Shown: piece after piece, positions 29,482-40,193 of the stretch
Position numbering within the stretch: the first letter of the stretch is position 1
Layout: each line of letters starts with the position of its first letter
Assembly (NCBI GenBank): GCA_944391815.1
Contig: CALXUV010000046.1
Coordinates: 20,195-84,194 of the forward strand
DNA: 64,000 bases
Source of the DNA: an uncultured Clostridia bacterium
Lineage (GTDB): Bacteria; Bacillota; Clostridia; Oscillospirales; CAG-272
Direction: 5' to 3'
The notes under the pieces: generated by a model
What the model was told of the DNA's origin: nothing
What the model saw: only the letters and a program-made list of their open reading frames with translations
Databases searched by the model: none
Made by a program: the position numbers and the translations under genes

Positions 29482-29525
29482 ATTAAAACCCCGCAGCTTG
29501 CTGTACGCTTGCTGCGGGGTTTAAT
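29482..29525. terminator. Bidirectional intrinsic terminator
   Basis: AAAACCCCGCAGC-N13-GCTGCGGGGTTTT between convergent genes. Confidence 0.8.
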
Positions 29526-29617
29526 TTATTATCTGAAAAAATGTTTTTTCCGGATTTTAAGACAACTCTTTTCAGTAAAGTTTAAACTTGAAAGTTTTGT
29601 TCCGGATTAAATGCGAT

Positions 29618-31840
29618 TCAAGGCTTTTCGGCGAGATACAATATGTAATCATCCCATATGTAATTTACTCCGCTTGTAAAGGCGTTATATTTATCCTTGC
29701 CAACATAAATTTTAAGTGCAGGGTTACATCCATCTGTTGCGAGCGGAGTATTTGCATCAGCCTTATATGGCACTGAAATATCATTTGGTCCCTTATCATC
29801 GGGTACATAGACCGCCGTAAGCGAATCTGCGCCTCTGAACGCATACGCCTGAAGCGACGAAATATTGTCGCCGAGAATAAGTGTTTTGAGGTTCGTGCAG
29901 CCTTTGAATGCGTCAGCCGCTATTTCAACAACAGCCACGCCCTGATAGTTATTAGGAATTGTAAGCTCTTCGAGCTGTTTTCCGGCATCCGACAATCCTA
30001 TAACTCTGTAATATTCTTTATCGCCTCTTTCAAACAGTTCAAACACAAAGTTTTCTGTGCCTTCTTCACCGTCTTCGCCTTCAATCGGTTTATATCCGGG
30101 AGGTTCCGGCAGTTCAAGCTCCGGCATAGTTATTGAACTGTCGCCTATCTGACGTTTGATGTCATCGATAAGTCTGACAGTTCTTACGGTTACTCCGGCG
30201 TTGTTAAGGTGGAATTCACTGTCAAAGAAATATCCTTCGTCAAGTATGTAATCGTAAACGTTACTGATTACCTTACACTCGAGATTTTCACACAGGTTAT
30301 CATAAAATGAATTTATGGATCTCGTTGTGTTTTCGCTGGACATTGCCGCTTCATTCATCGGGCAGAAACTGAAATAAACCGTTGCGCCTTTTCTTTCAGC
30401 ATAATGAACATATTTATTTACATACTCAATGTATTCTTCATAATCCGTCTTTCTGCTGTCGGAAAAGTTTGCGTTGAAGTTCAGCGTTATTACATTCTGC
30501 ACGCCTGTCATTATGTTATAAGGTCTGTCGTAGACATTGTCACCGAAAGCATCAAAATTTTCTTTCTTGTAAGCGCCTTCATTGGCCGGTCTTTCGTTTT
30601 TGATAAGATAACTAAGTTTATTCTGCGCGAATTTCAGAGACGCACCTATGAGAGAACCGTAATCCTCGCTGCCGATATGGAAGAGCATATCCCAGTTTCC
30701 GTCAAGCGCCTGCATAGCAGTGTCGCCGTTGAAGTACAGCGAAAGAGTCTGACTGTTCATCTCCGGAGCAAGTATTATTATATCTCCCTCTCCGATATTG
30801 CTCTTTGAAAGATCCATCATCATTTTCGTGCCGAGGTCTGCATAAAGTCCGAAATTTACAACTTTGTATCCGAGCTCTTCCTGGATCATGGCACTGTCAA
30901 GACCGAATGCAACGGAACTTCCGCCTACTACAATTATCTTCGGTTCGTCAAAGTTGTTTAACCTGTCGTACTTGTCTCCGAGCTCTCCGACGAAAGTTTC
31001 GTCATAAACGGGAAACGCAAAGCACATTACGGCTATCGCTATAAACGGAATTATAAATACACCGAGCAGAGCCGCAAAAACTTTTATCATCCACTTTTTG
31101 TTTCTGTAACAGTCGATCGGTGTCTGATCTATCGGAATTTCGGTTTCCTGAGGTATTATCTCAGGTTCTTCCTGTGCTTTCAGACGTGCCGCAGCTCTTG
31201 CCTCTCGCTCTTGTCTTAACCTGTAAGCTATTCTCTTCTGGTCTTTTTCCGGATCATATTCTTCTATAACCGAGTAACCGGCGATTTTGTAACCTTCGTC
31301 GTCTTTTTTCTTCGGCTTTTTCTCAGGCTGCTGTTCTTCGGCTTCAACTGCTTTCAGTGCCGACTCTTCTGTCTTATCTTTATCGATTACCTGGCTGTAT
31401 ATCTCTTCTTCACTGATGTCGTGAACTCTGTTGACTGCAAGATAATCATCTGCATTTATTTCGTCGAGCTGCTTTTCGCTGTAAATCCTGCACGCTTCAT
31501 TTATCATTTTAATGAAATCGGACACTATTACAACTCTTGCAAACGGGATTTTTCCGAAAAATCTGTAATTTTCGAAGTCAACTGTGACATTTGAGTCATT
31601 CTGCTTTATATAGCTGTCAAGAAGCTCAAGCACCGGAATATCCCATTTTGCGCCGTATATACCCAAAGTAACCAGATTCAGAAAGAAATATTTTGCTCCG
31701 GGTAGCTCGACTTTCTTTTCTCCGAATATTTTATTGATGTCGGAAGCTACCTGTCTTTTGAAAATTACATTATAAATTCCAAGTGTGAAAATAAAACACA
31801 GTATATATTGAGTACCGGTTCTTTTATCATTAAGAAACAT
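29618..31840 (-). CDS. Membrane protein: DUF4234-like N-terminus, TM helix, SGNH/DltD-like domain, BspA-type LRR C-terminus
   Basis: TLGIY repeats; GGSSVAFG, NFGLYA and DSEFH motifs; TIP..V..IAADAF.GC..L..L.L LRR; GGAGG RBS. Confidence 0.7.
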   Translation of the reverse strand: MFLNDKRTGTQYILCFIFTLGIYNVIFKRQVASDINKIFGEKKVELPGAKYFFLNLVTLGIYGAKWDIPVLELLDSYIKQNDSNVTVDFENYRFFGKIPFARVVIVSDFIKMINEACRIYSEKQLDEINADDYLAVNRVHDISEEEIYSQVIDKDKTEESALKAVEAEEQQPEKKPKKKDDEGYKIAGYSVIEEYDPEKDQKRIAYRLRQEREARAAARLKAQEEPEIIPQETEIPIDQTPIDCYRNKKWMIKVFAALLGVFIIPFIAIAVMCFAFPVYDETFVGELGDKYDRLNNFDEPKIIVVGGSSVAFGLDSAMIQEELGYKVVNFGLYADLGTKMMMDLSKSNIGEGDIIILAPEMNSQTLSLYFNGDTAMQALDGNWDMLFHIGSEDYGSLIGASLKFAQNKLSYLIKNERPANEGAYKKENFDAFGDNVYDRPYNIMTGVQNVITLNFNANFSDSRKTDYEEYIEYVNKYVHYAERKGATVYFSFCPMNEAAMSSENTTRSINSFYDNLCENLECKVISNVYDYILDEGYFFDSEFHLNNAGVTVRTVRLIDDIKRQIGDSSITMPELELPEPPGYKPIEGEDGEEGTENFVFELFERGDKEYYRVIGLSDAGKQLEELTIPNNYQGVAVVEIAADAFKGCTNLKTLILGDNISSLQAYAFRGADSLTAVYVPDDKGPNDISVPYKADANTPLATDGCNPALKIYVGKDKYNAFTSGVNYIWDDYILYLAEKP

Positions 31841-31915
31841 CAGTTTGCCTCCCTTTCCGCTCTGATTGTCGACAACATTACTTTTGATTCCTTTTCAAAC
31901 ATGCGCTGTCACTCC

Positions 31916-33400
31916 TCAGAATTGGAAATATATAAACGAGCTTGCCGCATTCGAGGCAAGAAGTATCAGCCAAGCAACACAGATAGTCCAGCAAACCGTC
32001 AGATAGGCATTGGCTCGGGATACGCTGAGCCCCATGTCAAGGTGAAGTTCACTTATTCTGAGATTTATCTGCTTATCAAGCTGATTGATTACGAATATCG
32101 AGAAAGCAACTGTAATGAGAACCAACACCGAAAGATCAAGTGCTTTCATTGACTCAGCAATGCTTACGCCCGACCATCCCGTAAACAACTGTTTGTACAA
32201 AAATCCGAGATCACGGAGACTGTTCGCTCTGAACGCCATCCAGGCTATACAAACAAGTATAAACGTACCTGCTCTTTTTACAAAGACAAGTATCGGATTT
32301 TGCTGACTCACACCAAGTCTGTCCCAGAATTTTACCCTGTACTTTGCCGTAAGATTTCCGACTATCTGGTAAACTCCGTGCATTGTGCCCCACAGAATAA
32401 ACGTCCATGCCGCACCGTGCCAGACTCCCGAAATAAAGAAGACAAGAATAATGTTTCTGTAATGTTTGATCTTACTGCATCTCGAACCGCCGAGCGGTAT
32501 GTATACGTAATCGGTAAACCAGGATGTAAGCGATATATGCCACCTGCGCCAGAAATCCTTTATACTTGTCGCAGTATAAGGATTATCGAAGTTCTGCATC
32601 AGTTTTATGCCCATTATTCTCGCACAGCCTATCGCTATATCGGTATATCCCGAGAAGTCACAGTATATCTGAACTGCAAAAAGTACGGTTGCAAGCGTTA
32701 TTGTGAAACCGTTAATAAGTCCCGGTGTTGTCTTGTCAAGATTGTTGTACACGGCATCCACGTATTTTGAAATCTGGTCTGCCACCGCTACCTTCTTGAA
32801 AAATCCGACCGCCATCATTTTAAGTCCGACAGCAGTGTCGTATGCCGTAAAAGGATTTTTTCTTTTCAGCTGAGGCAAAAGGTTTTCGGGGCGCTCGATC
32901 GGTCCTGCAACCAGCTGCGGAAAATAAGAAACGTATAACGCATAGTATCCGAAATGCTTTTCGGCTTTTATTGAACCCCTGTACACATCTATAACATACG
33001 AAAGAGTCTGGAATGTGTAGAAAGATATTCCGACTGGAAGTATGAGATTAAGTGTGAGCTCTGTAACCCCGAAACCGAATACATTGATCAGGTTGGTTAC
33101 GTTTTCCGAAAGAAAATTGAAATATTTGAAGAAAAACAATACGCTGAGCGAAGCCACGAGCGCTATTACAAGATAAACTTTTTTGGCTTTTTTGGTAACG
33201 GAAGTTTCTATTTTTCTGGCACAAACATATGAAACCACAGTCGTAAAAAGTATCAGATAAATAAGGTCCGCCTGCCAGCTTATGTAAAAGTAATAGCTTA
33301 CTATCAGAAGCATTATCCACCGGATTTTCAGCGGTAATATTCTGTACAGCAGTAAGACTATCGGATAAAATATCAGAAATTCAAGCGAATTGAAAACCAT
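31916..33400 (-). CDS. MBOAT family O-acyltransferase (AlgI/PatA/DltB type)
   Basis: LPVGISFYTFQ, PQLVAGPIER, FWRRWHISL and SGVWHG motifs. Confidence 0.95.
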   Translation of the reverse strand: MVFNSLEFLIFYPIVLLLYRILPLKIRWIMLLIVSYYFYISWQADLIYLILFTTVVSYVCARKIETSVTKKAKKVYLVIALVASLSVLFFFKYFNFLSENVTNLINVFGFGVTELTLNLILPVGISFYTFQTLSYVIDVYRGSIKAEKHFGYYALYVSYFPQLVAGPIERPENLLPQLKRKNPFTAYDTAVGLKMMAVGFFKKVAVADQISKYVDAVYNNLDKTTPGLINGFTITLATVLFAVQIYCDFSGYTDIAIGCARIMGIKLMQNFDNPYTATSIKDFWRRWHISLTSWFTDYVYIPLGGSRCSKIKHYRNIILVFFISGVWHGAAWTFILWGTMHGVYQIVGNLTAKYRVKFWDRLGVSQQNPILVFVKRAGTFILVCIAWMAFRANSLRDLGFLYKQLFTGWSGVSIAESMKALDLSVLVLITVAFSIFVINQLDKQINLRISELHLDMGLSVSRANAYLTVCWTICVAWLILLASNAASSFIYFQF

Positions 33401-33403
33401 TTT

Positions 33404-33673
33404 TTATTTTTTCTCCTTTCGGGGAGCAGTCGTTACAAGAGCAAGAGCTGTACTTATCATCAGCGCAAACATTATTTCCTGTGCGGACGCCTTTATGTAG
33501 AAGAACACTCCGAACATTACAATCTGAGATATTATACACAAAACTCCTACTATATTTTTTAACACTGTCAGTTCCTCACCTAACATTCCGACTGCGGCAG
33601 AAGCAACGTACAACAAAAGCACAACTCCCATCGCTATCAGTGAATATATGTTGGAAAAAATTACGATCTCCAT
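33404..33673 (-). CDS. Small membrane protein (about 3 TM)
   Basis: Tightly packed between the lipoprotein and MBOAT genes; hydrophobic throughout. Confidence 0.75.
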   Translation of the reverse strand: MEIVIFSNIYSLIAMGVVLLLYVASAAVGMLGEELTVLKNIVGVLCIISQIVMFGVFFYIKASAQEIMFALMISTALALVTTAPRKEKK

Positions 33674-33681
33674 GTTTTACC

Positions 33682-35907
33682 TCACATTCCGTCCTGATAA
33701 GATGAGGAATTGTTTGATTTTCTCGTGTTGAAATCCTGATACGTGTCGCCTGTTCCTGATGAACTTAACCATCTCTTGATATCAAATGTCAGCTCTTCGG
33801 TCCTGATGTCCGCTCCCTCGTATGTACAGTGCCACTCTGAATTGTGCATGTATTTTTTTTCGAAAAGATATGTTCCGACGTTCGATATTACCGGGAAGTC
33901 AAGCGCATTTGCGCACTGCTTGGTAAACGTATCGTATGCGTTTGCATTTCTTGATGAATCGTTCATTTTTTCATAAAGATAGGTTCCGAAGCTGAACAGC
34001 AATGTTCCGCCTTTTGACGTTATACGGGAATTCACTCTGTTGAGATTTGAAGCTTTGTTATTTGAAGTAATGAAAGACTCAGAAAATCCCTGAGTGGATG
34101 GGGTGATTGGAAAATCTTTGTTACTATACCTGTTACCGAGCAGATCCCCGTACTTATTCATTCCGGTATTTGAATCCTGATACGCCACGCCTTTTCTCGT
34201 AACCGCATGACTTTCCGCGCCTATCTGGTAATCCTGGTATGCACCCCAGAAATTGCTGTATTCAGACATATTTACTTCTCTGAATATGTCATAGCACTGG
34301 TTATTGCCTCTGAACATCTTCCATTGAAGTGTGTTTCGGCCCATCGGTCCGTCCGAGGTCCACTCCGGTGCGTGTATCACTATATCTCCGGGATTTATAT
34401 AATTTGAAATGACATCAAGATAAAACAGCATCTGAGTACCGGCATTTGTTCCGTAGTTGACAACGCTGTACTCGTTATCGAAATTTGCCTCAAGCATAGG
34501 CGAATTAAGTCCGTTAAGAGTTGACGAGCCGGACACAACTATGAGTTTCTTACCTTCAAGGGTTCTTACTCTTTCGTACTTGATGCAGAAGCTGCCTTCC
34601 GCCGAACCGGAATAAACCGGGAGTCTCTGAGCGTTCATAACCACAGTCTGTACTCCGAACGGAAAACTGGAATTGCTTACGTACTGAAGACTGTCAAAGA
34701 ACACAACTTCTCTGAGTCTGTAAGAATTTGTAAAAGCATTTGGCTCTATTTTAAGAACTGTTTTCGGTATGACAACCTTTTGCAGGACATTTCCGCTGAA
34801 AGCTCCCGCTTTTATTCCGATTACAACTCTTCCGTTTATGGTTTCAGGTATAACCACCGTATCAGATTTGACGTTGCATCTTGTAATTATGCAGCCGCTT
34901 CTGGTTACATGCCCCGTACCATCGACTCCGCCTTCACTGTAAACATCAGTATATGTTACAGGCTCTACTATGAAATCAGCCTCCGGCGTATTCTCTGCCC
35001 AGACAACATTAAGCGTCAGCAAGCCGGATTCAGGCACCTGACAAACGCCGCCCATGTTGCTGAACCCTTCAATGTCATTTACCGAGGTGTAGTCACGGTA
35101 ATCAGTGGTTTTTTCGGTACTGTAACCGATTGCTGTATAACCCTCTCTGACAAACTTTATCGAGCTGTGATTTTCGTTTAAAGTCTGCTGCATCGGGAAA
35201 AGAGGACTGAGATTTCCGACAACAGTATATTTTGTTCCACTGAAATTTGCAATGCTTCCGCCGTTTGCGTCGTATGCAATTTTATACTGAGATTCACTCG
35301 AGTAATTCGCATAAATATTTGTCACTTTACTGTCAGGGGTGAAGGTATACTCAGTAGAATATTCTACAACGGTTCCCATATTGTCGATATAATCGCCCAC
35401 TGACCATCCCTGGAAAGTAAATCCTTCAGGCTCGGTAGCTTTCAGCGTTACCTCCTCAGGTTCCACCATCCATTCGCTGCCCTTTTCAAACTTTATGTAA
35501 TATGAACTGATGTTTGAGTAAACATTGACGCAGTAAAGTTCACTTTTATCGACAAGTATGAAATCTATCGTCAAGGGACTATCAACACGACTTACGGTTA
35601 TTGTCTTTTTTTCCGGATCGTAGTAAGCTTCCGCAGTGTTTCCGAGATAAACGTAGTTGTCTTCGTCTATCGTTACGTTAAAAACCACTTTTTGTCCGCT
35701 TGACACTTCCTTGACGCTGTCACCGGAAATACGTACACCGTCTGTTTCTCTGACCACTACCGTAAATTTTTCATTCGCTTTGGTGTTTTTCTGGTAAAAG
35801 CCGAGATCAACTACAAGCTGATCAAAATCGAAACAGCTGCACAGCGATAAAACAGATACTAACAGCACAGTCAGCAAAAATACAATTTTTATATGCCTGA
35901 GTTTCAT
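33682..35907 (-). CDS. Lipoprotein with repeat/Ig-like modules, BspA-type LRR and SGNH/DltD-like domain
   Basis: Start at 35907 (MKLRHIK...SLCSC lipobox, AAAGGTG RBS) because the promoter overlaps the ORF-track start; SGSSTLNG, NYGTNAG and NSEWH motifs. Confidence 0.75.
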   Translation of the reverse strand: MKLRHIKIVFLLTVLLVSVLSLCSCFDFDQLVVDLGFYQKNTKANEKFTVVVRETDGVRISGDSVKEVSSGQKVVFNVTIDEDNYVYLGNTAEAYYDPEKKTITVSRVDSPLTIDFILVDKSELYCVNVYSNISSYYIKFEKGSEWMVEPEEVTLKATEPEGFTFQGWSVGDYIDNMGTVVEYSTEYTFTPDSKVTNIYANYSSESQYKIAYDANGGSIANFSGTKYTVVGNLSPLFPMQQTLNENHSSIKFVREGYTAIGYSTEKTTDYRDYTSVNDIEGFSNMGGVCQVPESGLLTLNVVWAENTPEADFIVEPVTYTDVYSEGGVDGTGHVTRSGCIITRCNVKSDTVVIPETINGRVVIGIKAGAFSGNVLQKVVIPKTVLKIEPNAFTNSYRLREVVFFDSLQYVSNSSFPFGVQTVVMNAQRLPVYSGSAEGSFCIKYERVRTLEGKKLIVVSGSSTLNGLNSPMLEANFDNEYSVVNYGTNAGTQMLFYLDVISNYINPGDIVIHAPEWTSDGPMGRNTLQWKMFRGNNQCYDIFREVNMSEYSNFWGAYQDYQIGAESHAVTRKGVAYQDSNTGMNKYGDLLGNRYSNKDFPITPSTQGFSESFITSNNKASNLNRVNSRITSKGGTLLFSFGTYLYEKMNDSSRNANAYDTFTKQCANALDFPVISNVGTYLFEKKYMHNSEWHCTYEGADIRTEELTFDIKRWLSSSGTGDTYQDFNTRKSNNSSSYQDGM

Positions 35908-35944
35908 ACTACACCTTTCCGTGAATTTTTTCTCAATTGAAATC

Positions 35945-35973
35945 ATTATACATTATATTAATAAAAAAGTCAA
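35945..35973 (-). promoter_or_regulatory. Sigma-A promoter of the MBOAT operon
   Basis: TTGACT-17-TATAAT. Confidence 0.7.
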
Positions 35974-36112
35974 TATAATAGTCATACTCCACTTTATTTT
36001 CGGCATATCGACTGTTTATTTTGTATTATTTTGATAATTTTGAATAAAAAATTTACTTCAAATTATTGCTTTTAAAATAGTAAATTAACATTTTTAAGTA
36101 ACCGGATAAAAA

Positions 36113-36149
36113 AACAGAAAACCCGCTTCTTATAAAGGTTTTCTGTTTA
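36113..36149 (-). terminator. Probable terminator of the glycan operon
   Basis: AAACAGAAAACC-N13-GGTTTTCTGTTT. Confidence 0.55.
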
Positions 36150-36216
36150 AGTTGTTGAATTTAATAAACTTTTGAATAAAACTGAAAAAATTACAGCTTA
36201 TTTCGTCAGAAAAAAG

Positions 36217-37365
36217 TTAATCGTTTACTTTTTTTACGGCACACAGCAATAAAAACAGCGTAGCCGTCTGATGCCACATTATAGTAACATCAGGTATTCC
36301 CTGTACTAAAACAGCACATACCGCAACTGTAATGAGAATAAATGCCGTGCTGTCGCCTTTACTTCTTCTGTCAAATGCATTTTTAATAATATCAAAAATA
36401 ATCGCCATGTATATCAAAAGTCCGGTGATTCCGACATTGATAAGGGTATCGAGCAGGATGTTATGCGCATGGTCGGCAACTGTCAGTCCTTCGTTGGCTC
36501 TGACCATATAATAGGTCATCGGACCCCTTCCGAACATAACGGTAAAAAAGTTGCCCGAAAAGGACGAAAACGCATCTTTCCATATATCAAGCCTTCCCGT
36601 AAAAACTTCGGTAAGGGAATTTGTCCAGGAAAAAAAGTCAGGATTTATCAGTCCGATAATCCAGACCGTCGCACCCGCAACACACGAAACGGCAGTTATT
36701 ATATAATGCCCTTTCAAAAAAACAAAAATTATTATGCTCGCTGTAAGTGCAAGCAGAGACGAACGGCTTTCACTTATCAGTATGGTCACAACGTCGGCAA
36801 AAAATGACACAAAGTACAGTACCTTTTCCCAAACTGCCGACTTTACTTTATCGGAGTTTTTATCGAAAAGCATAACCATTGAAAAAACTGCCGCGAGCAC
36901 CGCAACTGAACCGAGGTAATTCGGGTTGTAAGAAAGCCCGTACGGTCGGTGGTTGGGATCTTCAAACTTTATTCGCTGCATTATAACTATCAGCGACGTT
37001 ATTATTCCGCCCGCTGCCACTATCAGCGAAGACAGCTTCAAAAGCTTGTCATTCATCACGCTTCTCAGATAAGCACCGATAAGCAGTATAAGAAAAACGC
37101 CGGAAGTAATAAATATGCCGATAGTATTGCCGTAGACAACTGATACGATCAGCGACAAAGCAGATATCATTGCCGTAAGGAGCACCATTCTTTTCTGTCG
37201 CATAATTTCACGGCGTGTTTGTCGGATGACAATCAGCGAAACGGAAATCAGAAGCAGAAGCGCTCCGCTGAAAATATAATGACAAAACGGTACTGCTGAA
37301 ATCAGAATTATCATCAGCACCGTCAGACTGTCGGTTTTATCTTTGATATTGTTTTCAGTTATCAT
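36217..37365 (-). CDS. O-antigen ligase (WaaL/Wzy_C) family protein
   Basis: Many TM helices; NPN, SESRSS and HAHN..LD.L...GI.G motifs. Confidence 0.85.
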   Translation of the reverse strand: MITENNIKDKTDSLTVLMIILISAVPFCHYIFSGALLLLISVSLIVIRQTRREIMRQKRMVLLTAMISALSLIVSVVYGNTIGIFITSGVFLILLIGAYLRSVMNDKLLKLSSLIVAAGGIITSLIVIMQRIKFEDPNHRPYGLSYNPNYLGSVAVLAAVFSMVMLFDKNSDKVKSAVWEKVLYFVSFFADVVTILISESRSSLLALTASIIIFVFLKGHYIITAVSCVAGATVWIIGLINPDFFSWTNSLTEVFTGRLDIWKDAFSSFSGNFFTVMFGRGPMTYYMVRANEGLTVADHAHNILLDTLINVGITGLLIYMAIIFDIIKNAFDRRSKGDSTAFILITVAVCAVLVQGIPDVTIMWHQTATLFLLLCAVKKVND

Positions 37366-37368
37366 CGA

Positions 37369-38124
37369 TTAATGTACAGTGGCCTCAAGATAAGCCTTGT
37401 GAACCTCTCTCGGCTCGCCCTCCATGCATATTTCCCCGTTCTGGATCCAGTAACTCCTTTCGCAGATCTCCTCTATCTGGTTCAGCGAATGACTTACTAT
37501 GACTATTGTTGTTCCTCTGGATTTTATTTCTTTGAGTGCGTTAAGGCATTTTGCCTGGAATTCACCGTCACCTACCGCCAGGATTTCGTCTATAAGAAGT
37601 ATATCGGCATCAACATTTATTGCAACTGAAAAACCGAGCCTCATATACATTCCCGAAGAGTATGTTCTTACCGGAGCGTCTATAAACTCACCTAAGCCCG
37701 AAAATTCTATTATCCTATCAAGTCTGCGATCTATTTCCTTTTTGCAAAGTCCGTATATCGAAGCGTTGGTATAAATATTTTCCCTTCCTGTCATATCGGG
37801 ATGGAACCCTGCCCCGAGCTCAATGAGTCCAGAAATTCTTCCTCTTGTTGTTATTATCCCCTTGTCAGGATAACTTATTCTGCTGAGCAGTTTGAGCAGC
37901 GTACTTTTTCCGCAACCGTTATGACCGACAAAACCGACTGCTTCCCCTTTTTTTACTTTCAGTGAAATACCTTTGAGCACATTGTTTTCAGTGTACTTGT
38001 TTCTCGACCAGAAAAGCAGCTTTTCTTTCAGCTGACTTCCCTTGTCCTTGTATATTCTGTAATGCTTGTAAACATCTTCCACTTCTATGGAGTATTCGTT
38101 TTCATCACAGTTTCTGACTTCCAT
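37369..38124 (-). CDS. wzt: Polysaccharide ABC exporter ATP-binding subunit (no C-terminal CBM)
   Basis: GHNGCGKSTLL, GAGFHPDMTGREN, YSSGM, IDEILAVGD..F..KC; 251 aa. Confidence 0.93.
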   Translation of the reverse strand: MEVRNCDENEYSIEVEDVYKHYRIYKDKGSQLKEKLLFWSRNKYTENNVLKGISLKVKKGEAVGFVGHNGCGKSTLLKLLSRISYPDKGIITTRGRISGLIELGAGFHPDMTGRENIYTNASIYGLCKKEIDRRLDRIIEFSGLGEFIDAPVRTYSSGMYMRLGFSVAINVDADILLIDEILAVGDGEFQAKCLNALKEIKSRGTTIVIVSHSLNQIEEICERSYWIQNGEICMEGEPREVHKAYLEATVH

Positions 38125-38146
38125 TTGTCTTATCAGGCGAAGTTAA

Positions 38147-38989
38147 TCAAAGTTCCTCCGCGAACCTCCTTTTCAGTTTTGAAAACGTTATCCAACCGAT
38201 AACCAAAACTACAAGTCCCATAACAGTTGCACTTATCAGTGACTTCAGATCCGGAACTTTAGACTCGTAAAGTATATCCCTGTATGCCGATATAATAGGA
38301 GTCATGGGGTTAAGGTCAAATATCAACCGGTACTGCGGCGGAATGATATCGTAGCTGTACAGAACCGGAGTCAGGTACTGCCATGCCATCATCACTATTC
38401 CGAGTATATGTTCCATGTCCCTGAAGTATACTGTGACTGCCGACGTCAGAAACGCCATACCGAGCGCAAGTATATATTCAACTATCCATACCGGTATCAG
38501 ACACAGCAGCGCCAGAAAATTCAGCTTTATTCCGGACAGGATAACCACCGCAAATACAACTATAAAACAAAGTAACATATTTACGAAGTTAGTGGTTACC
38601 GTTGAAATGGGCAAAACCTCGCGGGGAAAATATATCTTCTTGACCATGTCCTTTTGTGCTATTATTGATGCTGCTCCACCAAGTACCGATGACGAAAAGA
38701 ATATCCACGGTATAAGAGCAACAAAAAGGAAAAGATAATACTTCTCTATCCCGCTCTTCAGTATTGTGGAAAACACTATACTGTAAACACAAAGCTGTAG
38801 TAAAGGATTCAGAAACGTCCACAAAAATCCGAGAAAAGAACCTTTATATCTTCCTCTGAGTTCTCTGCGAACGAACGCAACAATCATTTGTCTGTATGAA
38901 TATATTTCTCTTACCGTCTGCAAGAAGCTTTCCTTTTGTCCCGTCTTTCTGACACTCAAGGCTTCATTTCTGCTATCTGTCTTCTGCAT
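38147..38989 (-). CDS. wzm: Polysaccharide ABC exporter permease
   Basis: RYKGSFLGFLWTFLNPL, YFPREVLP, YFRD, TPVLY, NPMT. Confidence 0.93.
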   Translation of the reverse strand: MQKTDSRNEALSVRKTGQKESFLQTVREIYSYRQMIVAFVRRELRGRYKGSFLGFLWTFLNPLLQLCVYSIVFSTILKSGIEKYYLFLFVALIPWIFFSSSVLGGAASIIAQKDMVKKIYFPREVLPISTVTTNFVNMLLCFIVVFAVVILSGIKLNFLALLCLIPVWIVEYILALGMAFLTSAVTVYFRDMEHILGIVMMAWQYLTPVLYSYDIIPPQYRLIFDLNPMTPIISAYRDILYESKVPDLKSLISATVMGLVVLVIGWITFSKLKRRFAEEL

Positions 38990-40193
38990 TGCTCAACCTT
39001 TCTCTATCGCCCGATTGCTTTTTATTCAAACCGAGTACTTCAAGATATGATTTGTATAATTTTTCCTGCATTTTTTCAAAACTGTAACAATTTTCACATC
39101 TCTGTCTGGCTGCTTTACCGTACATTTCCCTTAATTCCTTGTCGTCGGTAAGCTTTTGTATCGCCGAAGCGAGCTCTTCAACATTTCCGGGTTCAACAGT
39201 CAGCCCTGTTTCACCGTCTTTACTTACTTCCGGTACAGCAGTCGGAAGCGACGTATTTATCACAGGTTTGCCGTACACCATCGCCTCGAGCTGTACCAGT
39301 CCGAAGCATTCGGCACGGTTTACCGACGGCAGTACAAATATGTCGCAATCGGCAAAAGCGTTCAGTAATTTTTTCTTGCCGATTCTGCCCATAAAATGTA
39401 TTCTGTCGTTCAGTTTCAGTTCAGACACTCTTTTTTTGAGCTGTCCATCAAGATCGCCGCTGCCGATTATAAACAGTTCAGAGTTTTCCGTTTTTGAGAG
39501 CGCTTCAATAAGCACATCTACTCCCTTGTAATAAACAAGTCTTCCTACAAAAAGTATCTTTACTCTGTTCTTTTTCGTGAGCTTCTGAGTTAACACCGGC
39601 GCAAATTTTACCTTATTGTAATCTGCCGCCGATATTCCGAAAGGTATCACTTCTATTTTGTCCTGATATTTTCCAAGATATTTTGACTGCTCTGCTATCG
39701 ACTGACTCGCTACATATATTTTATCAACTTTTTTCAGCATCCATTTCAGAAGCGGCGCGTAAAAAAACATAAGCTTTTTTTGTTTGACTACATCGCTGTG
39801 CCACCAGATTACTTTTTTCACATTTTTCCTGCGCTTTCTGAGAAACAACGCAAGATCAGAGAGAGGGAAAGGTGCATGAAGCTGTATCATATCCACATCC
39901 GCAGACATACGTCTGAATGCTTTTATGTAATCTAACGAAACAGGCATAGAAAAAAAGCAAAACGGAGTTCTTGCCCTGTAAATATACACGCCGTCCTCGG
40001 TAAACTCCTCTTTTTTCTCTTTACGACCGGAGCATACCAATATTTTCATTTCCGCCTTGTTTTTTACAGCCGCAGTAATCGCAAGTGCTACCGTTTCGAT
40101 TCCTCCGACCTCAGGACTATACCATTTTGCCGCCTGTAATATTTTAAACTCTTTATTATTCTGAGTTTCGACGCTTTGATTATTGTCTATCAT
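38973..40193 (-). CDS. GT4 glycosyltransferase, WbdC-like
   Basis: GGIE, HSDVVKQKKLM..YAPL, KYQDK..VIPFG, YYKG, E.FG..QLEA. Confidence 0.88.
   Translation of the reverse strand: MIDNNQSVETQNNKEFKILQAAKWYSPEVGGIETVALAITAAVKNKAEMKILVCSGRKEKKEEFTEDGVYIYRARTPFCFFSMPVSLDYIKAFRRMSADVDMIQLHAPFPLSDLALFLRKRRKNVKKVIWWHSDVVKQKKLMFFYAPLLKWMLKKVDKIYVASQSIAEQSKYLGKYQDKIEVIPFGISAADYNKVKFAPVLTQKLTKKNRVKILFVGRLVYYKGVDVLIEALSKTENSELFIIGSGDLDGQLKKRVSELKLNDRIHFMGRIGKKKLLNAFADCDIFVLPSVNRAECFGLVQLEAMVYGKPVINTSLPTAVPEVSKDGETGLTVEPGNVEELASAIQKLTDDKELREMYGKAARQRCENCYSFEKMQEKLYKSYLEVLGLNKKQSGDRERLSNAEDR

Noticed and set aside
29618-35907. dlt (D-alanylation) operon
   Set aside because: No DltA ligase or DltC carrier protein; the MBOAT looks AlgI/PatA-like
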